A DNA stretch of 64,000 nucleotides, taken from assembly GCA_963768175.1 (NCBI GenBank), contig CAVYGQ010000001.1, positions 100,481 to 164,480 on the forward strand. Reading direction: 5' to 3'. The DNA is from Candidatus Doudnabacteria bacterium (GTDB lineage Bacteria; Patescibacteriota; Doudnabacteria; UBA920). A program made the position numbers and the translations under genes. A model generated the notes under the pieces. The model did not search any database, was not told the DNA's origin, and saw only the letters and a list, made by a program, of their open reading frames with translations. Shown here in pieces: positions 17,017-26,227 of the stretch (its first letter is position 1; each line of letters begins with the position of its first letter).

Positions 17017-17412
17017 ATGTTAAAAGCTTTAGCTTTAGATAATTTTTGGTCGTCTCTTCCAAGGCGTAAAATTTCCGGCATACATACAATCAAGAAAACC
17101 GAAAGCCGCTACAGCATTTTTAGGTTTTGGTTTTCAATTTCCCTAATTGTTGTAAACGTTTTTTTGCTGATGAGTTATATTTATGGCGTTAATCAGTTCG
17201 CCAATACCGGATACCAGATTGCCGTTTTACAAAAACAGTTAACTAATCTAAACGACAGTAATAAAGCCATTACCTTGCAGGTTTCCGAAGCTTCATCCAT
17301 GGTGCAAATCCAAAATGACTTTTTAAGCGCTAATTTTGTTCCTGCCGGAACGCCAAAGTTTTTGCGGGTTTCGCAGGTTGCGGAAAGACAGTTTTTTGGG
17401 GGTGGTAATTAG
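17017..17412 (+). CDS. ftsL: FtsL-like cell-division protein (septum formation initiator)
   Basis: It lies between rsmH and ftsI and has a single TM helix followed by a coiled-coil (AVLQKQLTNLNDSNKAITLQ). Confidence 0.55.
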   Translation: MLKALALDNFWSSLPRRKISGIHTIKKTESRYSIFRFWFSISLIVVNVFLLMSYIYGVNQFANTGYQIAVLQKQLTNLNDSNKAITLQVSEASSMVQIQNDFLSANFVPAGTPKFLRVSQVAERQFFGGGN

Positions 17413-17564
17413 TTGTTAGTTTTAGGGGCCAGCGTTGTAGAAATTAATTTGTTGTAAGTTATAAAGACCAGTGTAGTCGTAAGGAATAAGTTGTAAAGTT
17501 CTTAAAACATATACTTATTACCACACTGGTTTCTACAACTTATAACCTATAACCGCCCCCAATC

Positions 17565-19298
17565 ATGGTCCGCAAAATAGTCCAAAGTTCTTTCAACCGC
17601 AGAAGCAGTTTTTTAACTGCTTTTTTATTGCTGTGTTTTGCCGCCATTGTCTGCAGGCTGTTTTATCTGGAAGTAATCCACGGCGCCCAGGCCAGGCAGG
17701 AAGCCGACTTGCAGCACAGCATCTATCAGAAATTATTTCCCAGCCGCGGGGAAATTAAGCTGGCTGATAAATTTTCCGGGCAGACCGTTCCGGTGGCCAC
17801 CAATACTAAGAGTTATTTGGTTTACGCCGTGCCAAGCGATATTTTAAACGCCAACTTAACCGCTAACAGCCTCGCGTTCGTGCTGGGGCTTGATCCCAAA
17901 GAGATTTTGGCAAAAATTACCGCAACCGACAAAAAATACGTGCCGTTAAAAAAACAGCTTACGGATACGGAGCAGCAAAAAATTAAAGATTTGGCTTTGC
18001 CGGGAATTTATTTTGACTCCGAAGACACGCGCGTCTATCCGCAGAATAATTTGTTAAGCCAGACTTTGGGCTTTGTGGGCTTCAACGCGGCGGGGCAAAA
18101 GGCCGGCCTGTATGGGCTGGAAAGATATTTTGACAAAGACTTGGCCGGCACGCCGGGAGAACTGGTGGCCGAAAAAGATCCCTCGGGAGCGCAAATTTTT
18201 GGCGCGACCATGAATGTTACGCCTGCGCAGGACGGTGTAGACTTAATTTTGACCGTGGACAAGACTATCCAGTTTCAGGTTCAAAGCGTACTGCAGACAA
18301 TGGTTACCAAAAATGGCGCCGACAGCGGCGATGTAATAGTCATGAACCCCAAAACCGGCGCGATTTTGGCCATTGCCAGCTATCCGGATTTTGACCCGAA
18401 TAACTATGGAAAAGTTACGGATCCTTCGGTGTTCAACAACCAGGCCGTGACCGGCACCTATGAGCCCGGTTCCACCTTTAAAGCCATTACTCTGGCCGCG
18501 GCTTTGGATGAAGGGAAAATTACTCCGGATACGACTTATACCGACACCGGCAAGGTTTCGGTGGATAATTATGTAATTAAAAATGCCGAACCGGGCGCGC
18601 GCGGCGTCCAGAGTATGACCCAGGTTTTGGATTGGTCTTTAAATACGGGGGCGATTTTCGCGGAAAATCAGCTAGGCAATCCGGACTTTTTAAAATACGT
18701 GCAAAACTTCGGTTTCGGCAAACTTACCGGAATTGAACTGCCGGAAGCCAAGGGCGACATAAGCGGGCTTAACGGTAACATCGCGGTCAATTATGACACC
18801 GTAAGTTTCGGCCAGGGGATTTTGGTAACTCCTCTGCAAATGCTCCAGGCTTACGGCGCTTTGGCCAACGGCGGGAAAATGATGAGGCCATATATTGTGC
18901 AGTCAAAAATTTATCCCGACGGGACGATAAAAAATACCCAACCGCAGGCGGCCGGACAGGTTGTCTCCCAGCAGACCGCCGCTACCATAGACGCCATGCT
19001 GGTGGACGTGGTGGAAAACGGTTATGGGAAAGAGGCTAAAGTTCCGGGTTATTATATAGCGGGAAAAACAGGAACGGCGCAGGTGGCGCAAAACGGCAAA
19101 TACATAATTAACGACAACATCGGCTCATTCATCGGTTTTGCGCCGGTGGAAAATCCGCAGTTCGTAATGCTAATAAGGGTTGACCATCCGCGCAACGCCA
19201 GCTTTGCCGAAAGCACAACCGTACCGCCCTGGGGGCAGCTGGCGCAGTTTATTTTAAATTATATGCAAATCCCGCCGACAAGGGCGGCGGGGAAATGA
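17565..19298 (+). CDS. ftsI: Peptidoglycan D,D-transpeptidase FtsI / PBP (class B)
   Basis: An N-terminal TM helix and PBP dimerisation domain are followed by a transpeptidase domain with STFK, SxN (SLN) and KTGT motifs. Confidence 0.9.
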   Translation: MVRKIVQSSFNRRSSFLTAFLLLCFAAIVCRLFYLEVIHGAQARQEADLQHSIYQKLFPSRGEIKLADKFSGQTVPVATNTKSYLVYAVPSDILNANLTANSLAFVLGLDPKEILAKITATDKKYVPLKKQLTDTEQQKIKDLALPGIYFDSEDTRVYPQNNLLSQTLGFVGFNAAGQKAGLYGLERYFDKDLAGTPGELVAEKDPSGAQIFGATMNVTPAQDGVDLILTVDKTIQFQVQSVLQTMVTKNGADSGDVIVMNPKTGAILAIASYPDFDPNNYGKVTDPSVFNNQAVTGTYEPGSTFKAITLAAALDEGKITPDTTYTDTGKVSVDNYVIKNAEPGARGVQSMTQVLDWSLNTGAIFAENQLGNPDFLKYVQNFGFGKLTGIELPEAKGDISGLNGNIAVNYDTVSFGQGILVTPLQMLQAYGALANGGKMMRPYIVQSKIYPDGTIKNTQPQAAGQVVSQQTAATIDAMLVDVVENGYGKEAKVPGYYIAGKTGTAQVAQNGKYIINDNIGSFIGFAPVENPQFVMLIRVDHPRNASFAESTTVPPWGQLAQFILNYMQIPPTRAAGK

Positions 19299-19329
19299 TT
19301 TTGAAATAATAATGCTTGTTATTTTAAAA

Positions 19330-19360
19330 TCATCCCCGCGAAAGCGGGGATCTTTATTTA
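19330..19360 (+). terminator. Rho-independent terminator after ftsI
   Basis: The hairpin catccccgcgaaagcggggatc is followed by tttattt. Confidence 0.7.
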
Positions 19361-19413
19361 AGAATAAGATTCCGGATATTTTTGGTATCAATGCAAAAAT
19401 TCCGGAATGACAT

Positions 19414-19791
19414 TTACTGTCCCAGTTCCTGAATTTGCTGGGGGGTGATTTTTTCAATTTGGCTCATATTCGCCCCGGTGCCGGCAAACAACAATTTCAT
19501 GCCAACGGCATACAGCAAAATGGATACGGCGGTTAAGGTTACGCACATCCAGGCAACATCACGCGCGTCGTCTTCGTCGCTGAAAAAATATTTCAGCGCG
19601 AACAGCAGGCCAAAAGGCGGCACTCCGATGGAAATCAAATATGCCCATTTTTTCCATTTGCCGGGGACTTTATTTTTGTCTTCATTCTGCAGCGCGTTTA
19701 ACATCAGCATCCCCACGTCCACATTGGGGTTGTCTTTGGCAACGCTTTGGTATAAATCTACTTTTTTTTCAAGATCTTTGTCCGGATCCAT
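19414..19791 (-). CDS. Hypothetical membrane protein
   Basis: Two TM helices follow a charged N-terminus. The overlapping plus-strand ORF at 19445-19795 looks low-complexity and is likely spurious. Confidence 0.4.
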   Translation of the reverse strand: MDPDKDLEKKVDLYQSVAKDNPNVDVGMLMLNALQNEDKNKVPGKWKKWAYLISIGVPPFGLLFALKYFFSDEDDARDVAWMCVTLTAVSILLYAVGMKLLFAGTGANMSQIEKITPQQIQELGQ

Positions 19792-19907
19792 ATAGTTTAA
19801 TTATACCATTTTTTAATAAAACTAAAAAACCGTCCTTTTGGGCAGTTTGGCTGGCCTTATTTGACTTAATCGGAGCTGAAATAGCTAGACTTATAAATAT
19901 TCCTTAA

Positions 19908-20537
19908 TTACTGGCAATTTTCATTTTTACTATGGGACACGACTTTTGCAAGGTCAGTTAAACCAATAAAAAATCCAGAATCAGATTTTTGAGAGCTAGC
20001 AATATAATTTTGGATTTCAGGATTTTTGCTCGTAATTCCAATAAAATAGGAAAATGAATCGCACAAATCTGGCTCGCTTAATAAACCCTCATCGTATGAA
20101 CTCTCAACAGTATCAAATTCTCCAAGATAATTATCAAGTTGTGCGTCTGTATACTGCCCGTGATTTTCTGTTAGTATGGGTTGCTTGCTCTCAATAGCGT
20201 CAATAATTTTTGTATTTGTATTATTGAAAAAAGCAGAATTTAAAGCGATGTTGTTCTCTGAAGCAGTTTGTTTTTTTGCATCATCAATAAGAACATAGGT
20301 CATAATAACTAGAATGACTGTAAAAGTCACTAAAGCCCAAGTAAGATACAAAAGCCTTTTTGAATATTTATCGCTACTGTTACTAAAATTTATTATATTG
20401 GTATTCAGTTCTTTTATGCCACCTCCAAGATTCCGCAATTCTATTACTGTCGTTTTCATCCTATCGTTAGTTGTTGCGGCTAAATCACGGTCTATACCGT
20501 TACCAGTTTTTATTTCTTTAAATTCATCTTCTCCCAT
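19908..20537 (-). CDS. Hypothetical single-pass membrane protein (island cargo)
   Basis: A ~60-aa cytoplasmic N-terminus and one TM helix precede an Asn/Ser-rich extracytoplasmic domain. The gene is AT-rich and is the last gene of a three-gene minus-strand operon. Confidence 0.45.
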   Translation of the reverse strand: MGEDEFKEIKTGNGIDRDLAATTNDRMKTTVIELRNLGGGIKELNTNIINFSNSSDKYSKRLLYLTWALVTFTVILVIMTYVLIDDAKKQTASENNIALNSAFFNNTNTKIIDAIESKQPILTENHGQYTDAQLDNYLGEFDTVESSYDEGLLSEPDLCDSFSYFIGITSKNPEIQNYIASSQKSDSGFFIGLTDLAKVVSHSKNENCQ

Positions 20538-20561
20538 AAATAAATTTAAAATTCAGGATAG

Positions 20562-21026
20562 CTATTTTTTCTTTAAAATTATCTCCGCCAAAATTTTAGA
20601 ATCCTCTTTTTTTAATTTCAGCTTTCCGTCTGGTTTTGTTTCTCCCTGATTACCCATTTGAGATTGGGAGGCAGTCCAAATACTTATCTCTGACAGACCA
20701 AATGTGCCTAGCAACGCTCCAGTTTTCACATTGACATTTTGGACTTTATCAAACGGCATTATTTTACTGCTCTTGGCTACGACGCCGCTGTTTATTGTTA
20801 TTTTGTCATCATCAAAAACAAAAGTTATAGCGTGATTTTCAATCATTAAAATAATAAAAATTGGTAGCACTAGAATAATAAAAAAGCCCCAAAAAATACC
20901 CCAAAAACTGGAATTAGGAATAAAGGAAAAAATCAGGGCAAATATCAAGGCCATTATTACCAGAGTAGTAAACTGATACCACTTTAAAATTTTAGGCAAA
21001 TGATTCAATTCATTTTTATTGAGCAT
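20562..21026 (-). CDS. Membrane protein with bacterial PH domain (DUF304/YdbS-like)
   Basis: Two N-terminal TM helices are followed by a PH-like segment (ITFVFDDDKITINSGVVAKSSKIMPFDKVQNVNVKTGALLGTFG). Confidence 0.5.
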   Translation of the reverse strand: MLNKNELNHLPKILKWYQFTTLVIMALIFALIFSFIPNSSFWGIFWGFFIILVLPIFIILMIENHAITFVFDDDKITINSGVVAKSSKIMPFDKVQNVNVKTGALLGTFGLSEISIWTASQSQMGNQGETKPDGKLKLKKEDSKILAEIILKKK

Positions 21027-21085
21027 TAGTTTGTGGACTTAATTTTAATTACAAATTCCGCTTATATTACACACCTTTTAAAAAT

Positions 21086-21706
21086 TTATGCGAACTGTTG
21101 CAACTGTCCTAAAATGGCCTGTTCCAGCTGAACAGTATCATAATGGCGTTGAGGCTTGATGTGTAAAATATTTAACTCTGAGGCTCTCAAAGCCCCGTCT
21201 AAAAAATCATCTCTTAATTTTCTATTGAAATAATTATGGGTATAATCATCCAGTTCAATAACCAAAAGTGGCGACAAATAAACTTTGTCAAAGATTACAA
21301 AATCTACTGTCTTTTTGTTTATCCTGTTAAAGTTGCTGTAAGTGGAATTTGTGCCGTATCTTTCCAGTCCGCCTTGGACTTCAATGATTCGGGATAAGGC
21401 AACCTGTGGCATAATAAAATACCTGTCCTTGATTATTTCCTGTAGCACTCCGAAAAACTTGTATTCGGTTTGGGTCATCAGGTATCGCTTTTTTCTGAAT
21501 GGATAAATTTTATCGTCTTTTTTTACTTCCTGAATTTTTGTATTGCCAGCATTACTAGGCGGTAAAGGTATCTCGGAATAATTTTGCTTTGAGCTTTTTA
21601 TGATGTAACTGGCAAGAATGATTATGATTATTAAACCAAATAAAAAATCCATAAATTTGCTTTTAGAAACACAAAGCCCCGGTCCAGCCGGGCTTTTACA
21701 CCCCAT
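21086..21706 (-). CDS. DUF2726-domain protein (NERD/restriction-endonuclease-like fold), membrane-anchored
   Basis: An N-terminal TM helix precedes the DUF2726 signature (TVDFVIFDKVYLSPLLVIELDDYTH ... RDDFLDGAL...LNILHIK). Confidence 0.55.
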   Translation of the reverse strand: MGCKSPAGPGLCVSKSKFMDFLFGLIIIIILASYIIKSSKQNYSEIPLPPSNAGNTKIQEVKKDDKIYPFRKKRYLMTQTEYKFFGVLQEIIKDRYFIMPQVALSRIIEVQGGLERYGTNSTYSNFNRINKKTVDFVIFDKVYLSPLLVIELDDYTHNYFNRKLRDDFLDGALRASELNILHIKPQRHYDTVQLEQAILGQLQQFA

Positions 21707-22000
21707 ACCCCTTTCGGGATATGACCATAAGACAGTAGCTGAACGCGGGGTTCAGTATGTCTTATGGTTTTACAGCCGTGCCTGATTAAAGGTTTAGGCC
21801 ATTCAGTTGTGATTAAATTATACCAAACTTGACAACAATTTTAAAGGGGTGTATGGTGGAGTTAGTTCATTAAAAAGTTAATAATTAAACGTAAGTTTTA
21901 TTTCTCCTCCCTCGGAGTAAGACAGGGGCTATGCCGTTTTGAACACAAAAACGGTGTGGCGTTTTGACCGCTTGTCTCAGCCATTAGAGGCCTTACAAAA

Positions 22001-22207
22001 GTGTTTGTGGGGTTTAATATGTCTGGGTTCAGTAATGAGCTAAAACAGCGTTTAATTGATTATTTTCAAACGAAATACGGACAAAAACTAACCTCAGAAC
22101 AAGCTGAGGCTTTTTTATTGTCCCTTGCGAATCTGTATTCGCTGGTGGTAGAGCGGCGGGCGGGCCCGCAGGGCCAGCCCGACCGCCGCTCTACCTGTAT
22201 TACTTGA
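22001..22207 (+). CDS. Small hypothetical protein upstream of the recombinase (possible accessory or directionality factor)
   Basis: The 68-aa ORF ends in a GC-rich hairpin (gagcggcgggcgggcccgcagggccagcccgaccgccgctc). No motifs were recognised. Confidence 0.25.
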   Translation: MFVGFNMSGFSNELKQRLIDYFQTKYGQKLTSEQAEAFLLSLANLYSLVVERRAGPQGQPDRRSTCIT

Positions 22208-22322
22208 ATTAAGCTACACATAAGGGGATTTAATAATTACATAATTAATTTTAAGTTCTGTCAAAATAATTTGTATTTTTCTTTTGGTTAGATATATAAT
22301 CAAGCTAATTAAAAAATCAAAT

Positions 22323-23792
22323 ATGAAATATATAATCTACACCCGTAAATCATCCGAGGCCTCTGACCGCCAAGTCCTGTCCATTGAATCGCAGGAAAAT
22401 GAGTTATTGGCTTTGGCTGATAGGAATGGGGCTAAGGTTGGTAAAATATTCCGTGAGAGTATGTCAGCCAAACAGCCAGGCCGTCCTGAATTTGAAAAAT
22501 TAATAAAACTGATTGAACAAAATCCCTGCTCTGTGCTATTCGTCTGGAAACTTGACCGCCTCGCTCGTAACCCCGTTGATGAGGGTAAAATTAAGTGGCT
22601 CCTGCAAAACAAGACCATAGCCCAAATTATTACGCCTGACAGAATTTATAATCCCAATGACAATGCCTTAATCGCTTCTGTGGAATTTGGAATGGCTAAT
22701 CAGTATATTCGTGATTTATCGTCCAATGTAAAACGAGGCAATAGGACTAAACTTCAAAAAGGTGAAATGCCTGGTGCGGCTCCTATCGGCTACTTGGATA
22801 ATCCCTTAACCAAATTAAAAACTATTGACGCTCTAAAAGCTCCACTGATAAAACAAGCATTTGAACTTTATGCGACTGGGGCATACAGCTTAAAAACAGT
22901 TGGTAAAATGATTGAGACTTCAGGCCTTAGAAGTAAACTCGGCAATCCTCTAAAAAAAGCCATACTGCACCATATGTTTACAAATCCTTTTTACTACGGA
23001 GCCATTAGGCATAATGGAGAAATATATCAAGGAGTTCACGAGCCAATTATTTCCAAAACATTATTTGATACAGTGCAATATGTCTTAAGCGGTAAAACCC
23101 GCCCTAAAAAACAAAAACACTTCTTCCCTGTTAGAGGCTATATGCTCTGTCATTCCTGCGGCTGTCTGCTTACTGCCACAACTAAAAAAGGCCATTCATA
23201 TTATTATTGCACTAATGGCAAAGGCAACTGCCAACAACACAAAAAATATTTAAGAGATAAAGCCGTGGACAAACTCGTGGCTAAAACCTTAAACGAAATT
23301 AAATTTGATACCTCAATGATTGAAATGGCTTATCTCGCTTACAAGGAAAAAATCCTAAATGGCAACGATAATTCTCAAACTAGAAAATCTGAACTCTCCT
23401 TACAGCTCAAATCTGAACAGGACAAGCTCTCTAATCTCGCCAAGGTTATTTCCTCTAAGCCGACACTCGCTAACTCCCTAGAGGCTGAAATTTTATCTCT
23501 AGAGGTAAAGATTAAATCCATTGAGCAACAGATTAAGCAAACTGACAAACAGACCCTCCAGGAGCAATTATTTACTTTGGAACAAACAAAAAAGGCCTTT
23601 TTACAGGCCAGTTCCGCATCTTTTGACTATTTGGATAGCGATGATTACCAAAAATTTGAACTGCTAAAAAATTTACTTTGGAACCTCAAGGTAGAAAATC
23701 AGAAAGTCCAACAATATCAGTTCAAAAGTTATTATCAACTTATGGCTGAAAGCCCTAAAAACCTTCAAATTTCTGGTTGGCTGGGGTGGTAG
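22323..23792 (+). CDS. Large serine recombinase (resolvase/invertase catalytic domain, recombinase domain, zinc ribbon)
   Basis: The N-terminus YIIYTRKSSEASDRQVLSIESQ carries the catalytic Ser, with a Cys cluster (CHSCGC...C) and a C-terminal coiled-coil. The likely start is the ATG at 22323. The 3' end overlaps a tRNA-Gln-derived repeat. Confidence 0.85.
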   Translation: MKYIIYTRKSSEASDRQVLSIESQENELLALADRNGAKVGKIFRESMSAKQPGRPEFEKLIKLIEQNPCSVLFVWKLDRLARNPVDEGKIKWLLQNKTIAQIITPDRIYNPNDNALIASVEFGMANQYIRDLSSNVKRGNRTKLQKGEMPGAAPIGYLDNPLTKLKTIDALKAPLIKQAFELYATGAYSLKTVGKMIETSGLRSKLGNPLKKAILHHMFTNPFYYGAIRHNGEIYQGVHEPIISKTLFDTVQYVLSGKTRPKKQKHFFPVRGYMLCHSCGCLLTATTKKGHSYYYCTNGKGNCQQHKKYLRDKAVDKLVAKTLNEIKFDTSMIEMAYLAYKEKILNGNDNSQTRKSELSLQLKSEQDKLSNLAKVISSKPTLANSLEAEILSLEVKIKSIEQQIKQTDKQTLQEQLFTLEQTKKAFLQASSASFDYLDSDDYQKFELLKNLLWNLKVENQKVQQYQFKSYYQLMAESPKNLQISGWLGW

Positions 23793-23803
23793 GATTCGAA
23801 CCT
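23778..23803 (-). repeat. Partial copy of the tRNA-Gln 3' end (candidate att-site direct repeat)
   Basis: tggctggggtggTaggattcgaacct matches the 3' 26 nt of tRNA-Gln at 26228-26253 with one mismatch. Confidence 0.6.
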
Positions 23804-23931
23804 TATTAGGTCTAGAACCAAACCCTTTTAATTATGGCCATAAATGTCCTTTAATATAAGTTGGGGCAATTTAGTTTCCAAAAGTATAAAGTGCTATACT
23901 ATAATTAAATAGATTATTATAGTATATAACT

Positions 23932-24639
23932 ATGGGGAAATATCCAAAAATTAAATTTATTATTGATTTTAAAGAAGACAAAAAAAATGCGCTGAGATTT
24001 TTAGGAGATACTAATGAATGGAAAAAGGAGCGTTTTTTTCCGTCTGAGTTACAATATGTTCTACAGAATAAATTAGCACAGAAAGAAAAACAAAGGATTG
24101 TTAATAACTTTGTTAAACAGTATTTTTTAAAAAATGAGTTTGAAATTAAAATTGGGGTAAGAGCAATTGCAAATGAATGGATGTCGATTGGAAGGTATTT
24201 TTTTGATCTAGTTGACAAGCTATTTTACGACCACCCTTGGCCAAAAGGAAACTACGTGGGATATGCAAGTATTTTTAATATGTTTCCTAGAGATATTGAG
24301 AAAAAAACCTTTTCATTTCCATATCGGAAGGAAGATGTCAGTTGGGCAATAAAAGTGATAGCCCATGAAATGTTACACTTTATTTTTTTTGACTATTTAA
24401 ATAAAGTGTATAGGTATACTCAAAATACCCAAATAAAAAATAAAAATTCAAACTTCATTTGGCAATTATCAGAGGCTCTAAACAATATAATAGAAAATTC
24501 GCGATCATACCGTAAGGTCATACCAATAAAAAAATTGAGCAAGCCATATCCAGGAAACGAAAAAATTTATAAAAAACTACTGGCCCAATGGAATAAAAAA
24601 AACGATATAAAAAAGTTATTGGATAGCGCTTTAGGGTAA
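23932..24639 (+). CDS. Hypothetical protein with an HExxH motif (possible zinc-dependent hydrolase)
   Basis: It has an IAHEMLH motif and an AT-rich composition. No other similarity was recognised. Confidence 0.45.
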   Translation: MGKYPKIKFIIDFKEDKKNALRFLGDTNEWKKERFFPSELQYVLQNKLAQKEKQRIVNNFVKQYFLKNEFEIKIGVRAIANEWMSIGRYFFDLVDKLFYDHPWPKGNYVGYASIFNMFPRDIEKKTFSFPYRKEDVSWAIKVIAHEMLHFIFFDYLNKVYRYTQNTQIKNKNSNFIWQLSEALNNIIENSRSYRKVIPIKKLSKPYPGNEKIYKKLLAQWNKKNDIKKLLDSALG

Positions 24640-24796
24640 ATAAAACGGAGCCCCAATCTTGGAAGAGAGGGGCTCCGCTACGATAGCGGCAGGAACGAGT
24701 CCTTGCCTAGGCGCAGTCGTAACCGCTGTTGACAGGTACCCCAAATTCTAGACACTTAGTCTGAGGTATAATAAGGCTAGAAAGGAATCTAACTTT

Positions 24797-25063
24797 ATGC
24801 CCAAAGGCAAATACAAAGTCAGTCCGGAAGTTAAAACTCAAATTCTAAAACGAATTAAGGAAGAAGGTGTCAGCGTCACCCAGGCGGCCGAGGAGCACGG
24901 CCTGTCCACCCAAACCATTTACGGCTGGATAGCCAAAGGGGTTACAGCTCCGCCGTCCGTGCTTGAACTCTCCCGCCTGAAGCGGGAAAATCAAACCCTC
25001 CACGAGATTATCGGCCGGCTGACAGTCAAACTGTCATTGGCGGAAAAAAAGGACATTGGTTGA
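24797..25063 (+). CDS. IS3 transposase OrfA (HTH plus leucine zipper)
   Basis: An HTH (VSVTQAAEEHGLSTQTIYGW) and a heptad-Leu C-terminus are present. The gene ends inside an A7G run at 25044-25051. Confidence 0.85.
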   Translation: MPKGKYKVSPEVKTQILKRIKEEGVSVTQAAEEHGLSTQTIYGWIAKGVTAPPSVLELSRLKRENQTLHEIIGRLTVKLSLAEKKDIG

Positions 25064-25895
25064 AGACCTGTCCGCCGCTATGCACCTTGAAAATCCGACT
25101 AAGACCGAGTTGGCCAGGAGCTTGGGAGTCAGCAGAGCCAGTCTGTATTACGAACCTACCCTGCCGCAAAAAGACTGGCTCCTTAAAATCCGCATTGAAC
25201 AAACCCTGCATGACCACCCCAGCTACGGCCACAAACGGCTGGCTCCGGCGCTACATGTTAACAAGAAAAGAATCCGGCGCACCATGAGGCTGTTTGGTAT
25301 TAAGCCTTACCGCAGGACAGGCAGAAAGCTAAGAAAAGCAAGGGATTTGGGACAAATTTCCGCTCCTTACCAAAACTGGCTGATGCTGATTCCGTTTCCA
25401 GAAGAGCCGGGAATTGTCTGGGTCAGTGACTTTACCTACATATCATTCCACGGCCGGTTTGTTTACCTGGCGACGATAATAGATTTATTCACCAGGGAGG
25501 TTGTCGGCTGGTCAGTCTGGACCGCGCATAGCAGCCAGCTAGTTCTACTGGCTTTAATTGACGCACTGGAAAAACATCCGGCGGCCAAATATCTCCATTC
25601 CGACCAGGGGCAAGAATACAAATCCCGAACCTACTGTAGGCTGGCCGAACAGGCCGGTATTACAATTTCCATGAGCCACAAATCATCACCGTGGGAGAAC
25701 GGCTACCAAGAATCCTTTTATGGCAAGCTCAAGACTGACTTAGGTGATCCGGGGAGGTTTAAGACCTTGGGAGAGCTAACGGCCGAAATTTACCTCCTCA
25801 TCTACAGCTACAACCACGACAGAATCCATACATCATTAAAAATGCCGCCGTCAGCATTTGCCGACCGGCAGCGGAATCAAGTATCATTAACTTAA
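25023..25895 (+). CDS. IS3 transposase OrfB (DDE integrase core), frame open from 25023 and overlapping orfA by 41 nt
   Basis: An rve-type DDE core is present (WVSDFTYI ... HSDQGQEY ... with a downstream E). It lies in the +1 frame relative to orfA. Confidence 0.85.
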   Translation, partial: QSNCHWRKKRTLVEDLSAAMHLENPTKTELARSLGVSRASLYYEPTLPQKDWLLKIRIEQTLHDHPSYGHKRLAPALHVNKKRIRRTMRLFGIKPYRRTGRKLRKARDLGQISAPYQNWLMLIPFPEEPGIVWVSDFTYISFHGRFVYLATIIDLFTREVVGWSVWTAHSSQLVLLALIDALEKHPAAKYLHSDQGQEYKSRTYCRLAEQAGITISMSHKSSPWENGYQESFYGKLKTDLGDPGRFKTLGELTAEIYLLIYSYNHDRIHTSLKMPPSAFADRQRNQVSLT

Positions 25896-26141
25896 CCTTA
25901 AAAAACCGCAGAGAAGGTGCCTAAAGAAATGGGTACCTTACAGGGGAAATTTCTTTCAGCTCTGTATAAAATTTAGCTATTAAAAGACAAAAAAGTGTAC
26001 CTGGAATGAAGTAGGACTTCGAACCAAGATAAACAATAGTTTAGACAAAAATAAGAGCATGGACTAAAATTCATGCTCTTATTTTCTATAAGTTCTTGTC
26101 CTTTAACTTAGGGTTGGTAGGTCTGTAGGAACCAAAATTTC

Positions 26142-26205
26142 TGGCTGCCCGGGTTGGATTCGGACCAACGCATGGAGGCTCCAAAGGCCCCCTTGCCCCG
26201 CACCA
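26142..26205 (-). other. Degenerate tRNA-Gln-like remnant (pseudo-tRNA)
   Basis: tggctgcccgggttggattcggaccaacgcatggaggctccaaaggccc... parallels the tRNA-Gln 3' two-thirds, including the CTTTGGAG anticodon region. The acceptor stem cannot pair and the length is only ~64 nt. Confidence 0.4.
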
Positions 26206-26227
26206 ATTTTTAACAAATTTATTCTCT

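Larger units (their letters stand above)
24716..25960 (+). mobile_element. IS3-family insertion sequence (boundaries approximate)
   Basis: It has orfA/orfB transposase organisation, imperfect terminal inverted repeats (tgacaggtacccc near 24717 and gggtaccttacagg near 25937) and a higher GC content than the surrounding island. Confidence 0.55.

Noticed and set aside
19445-19795. Plus-strand ORF overlapping the minus-strand gene at 19414-19791
   Set aside because: Its translation is compositionally odd (Ser/Phe-rich, no clear hydrophobic or charged organisation). The minus-strand product has a coherent two-TM architecture. Only one strand is likely coding.
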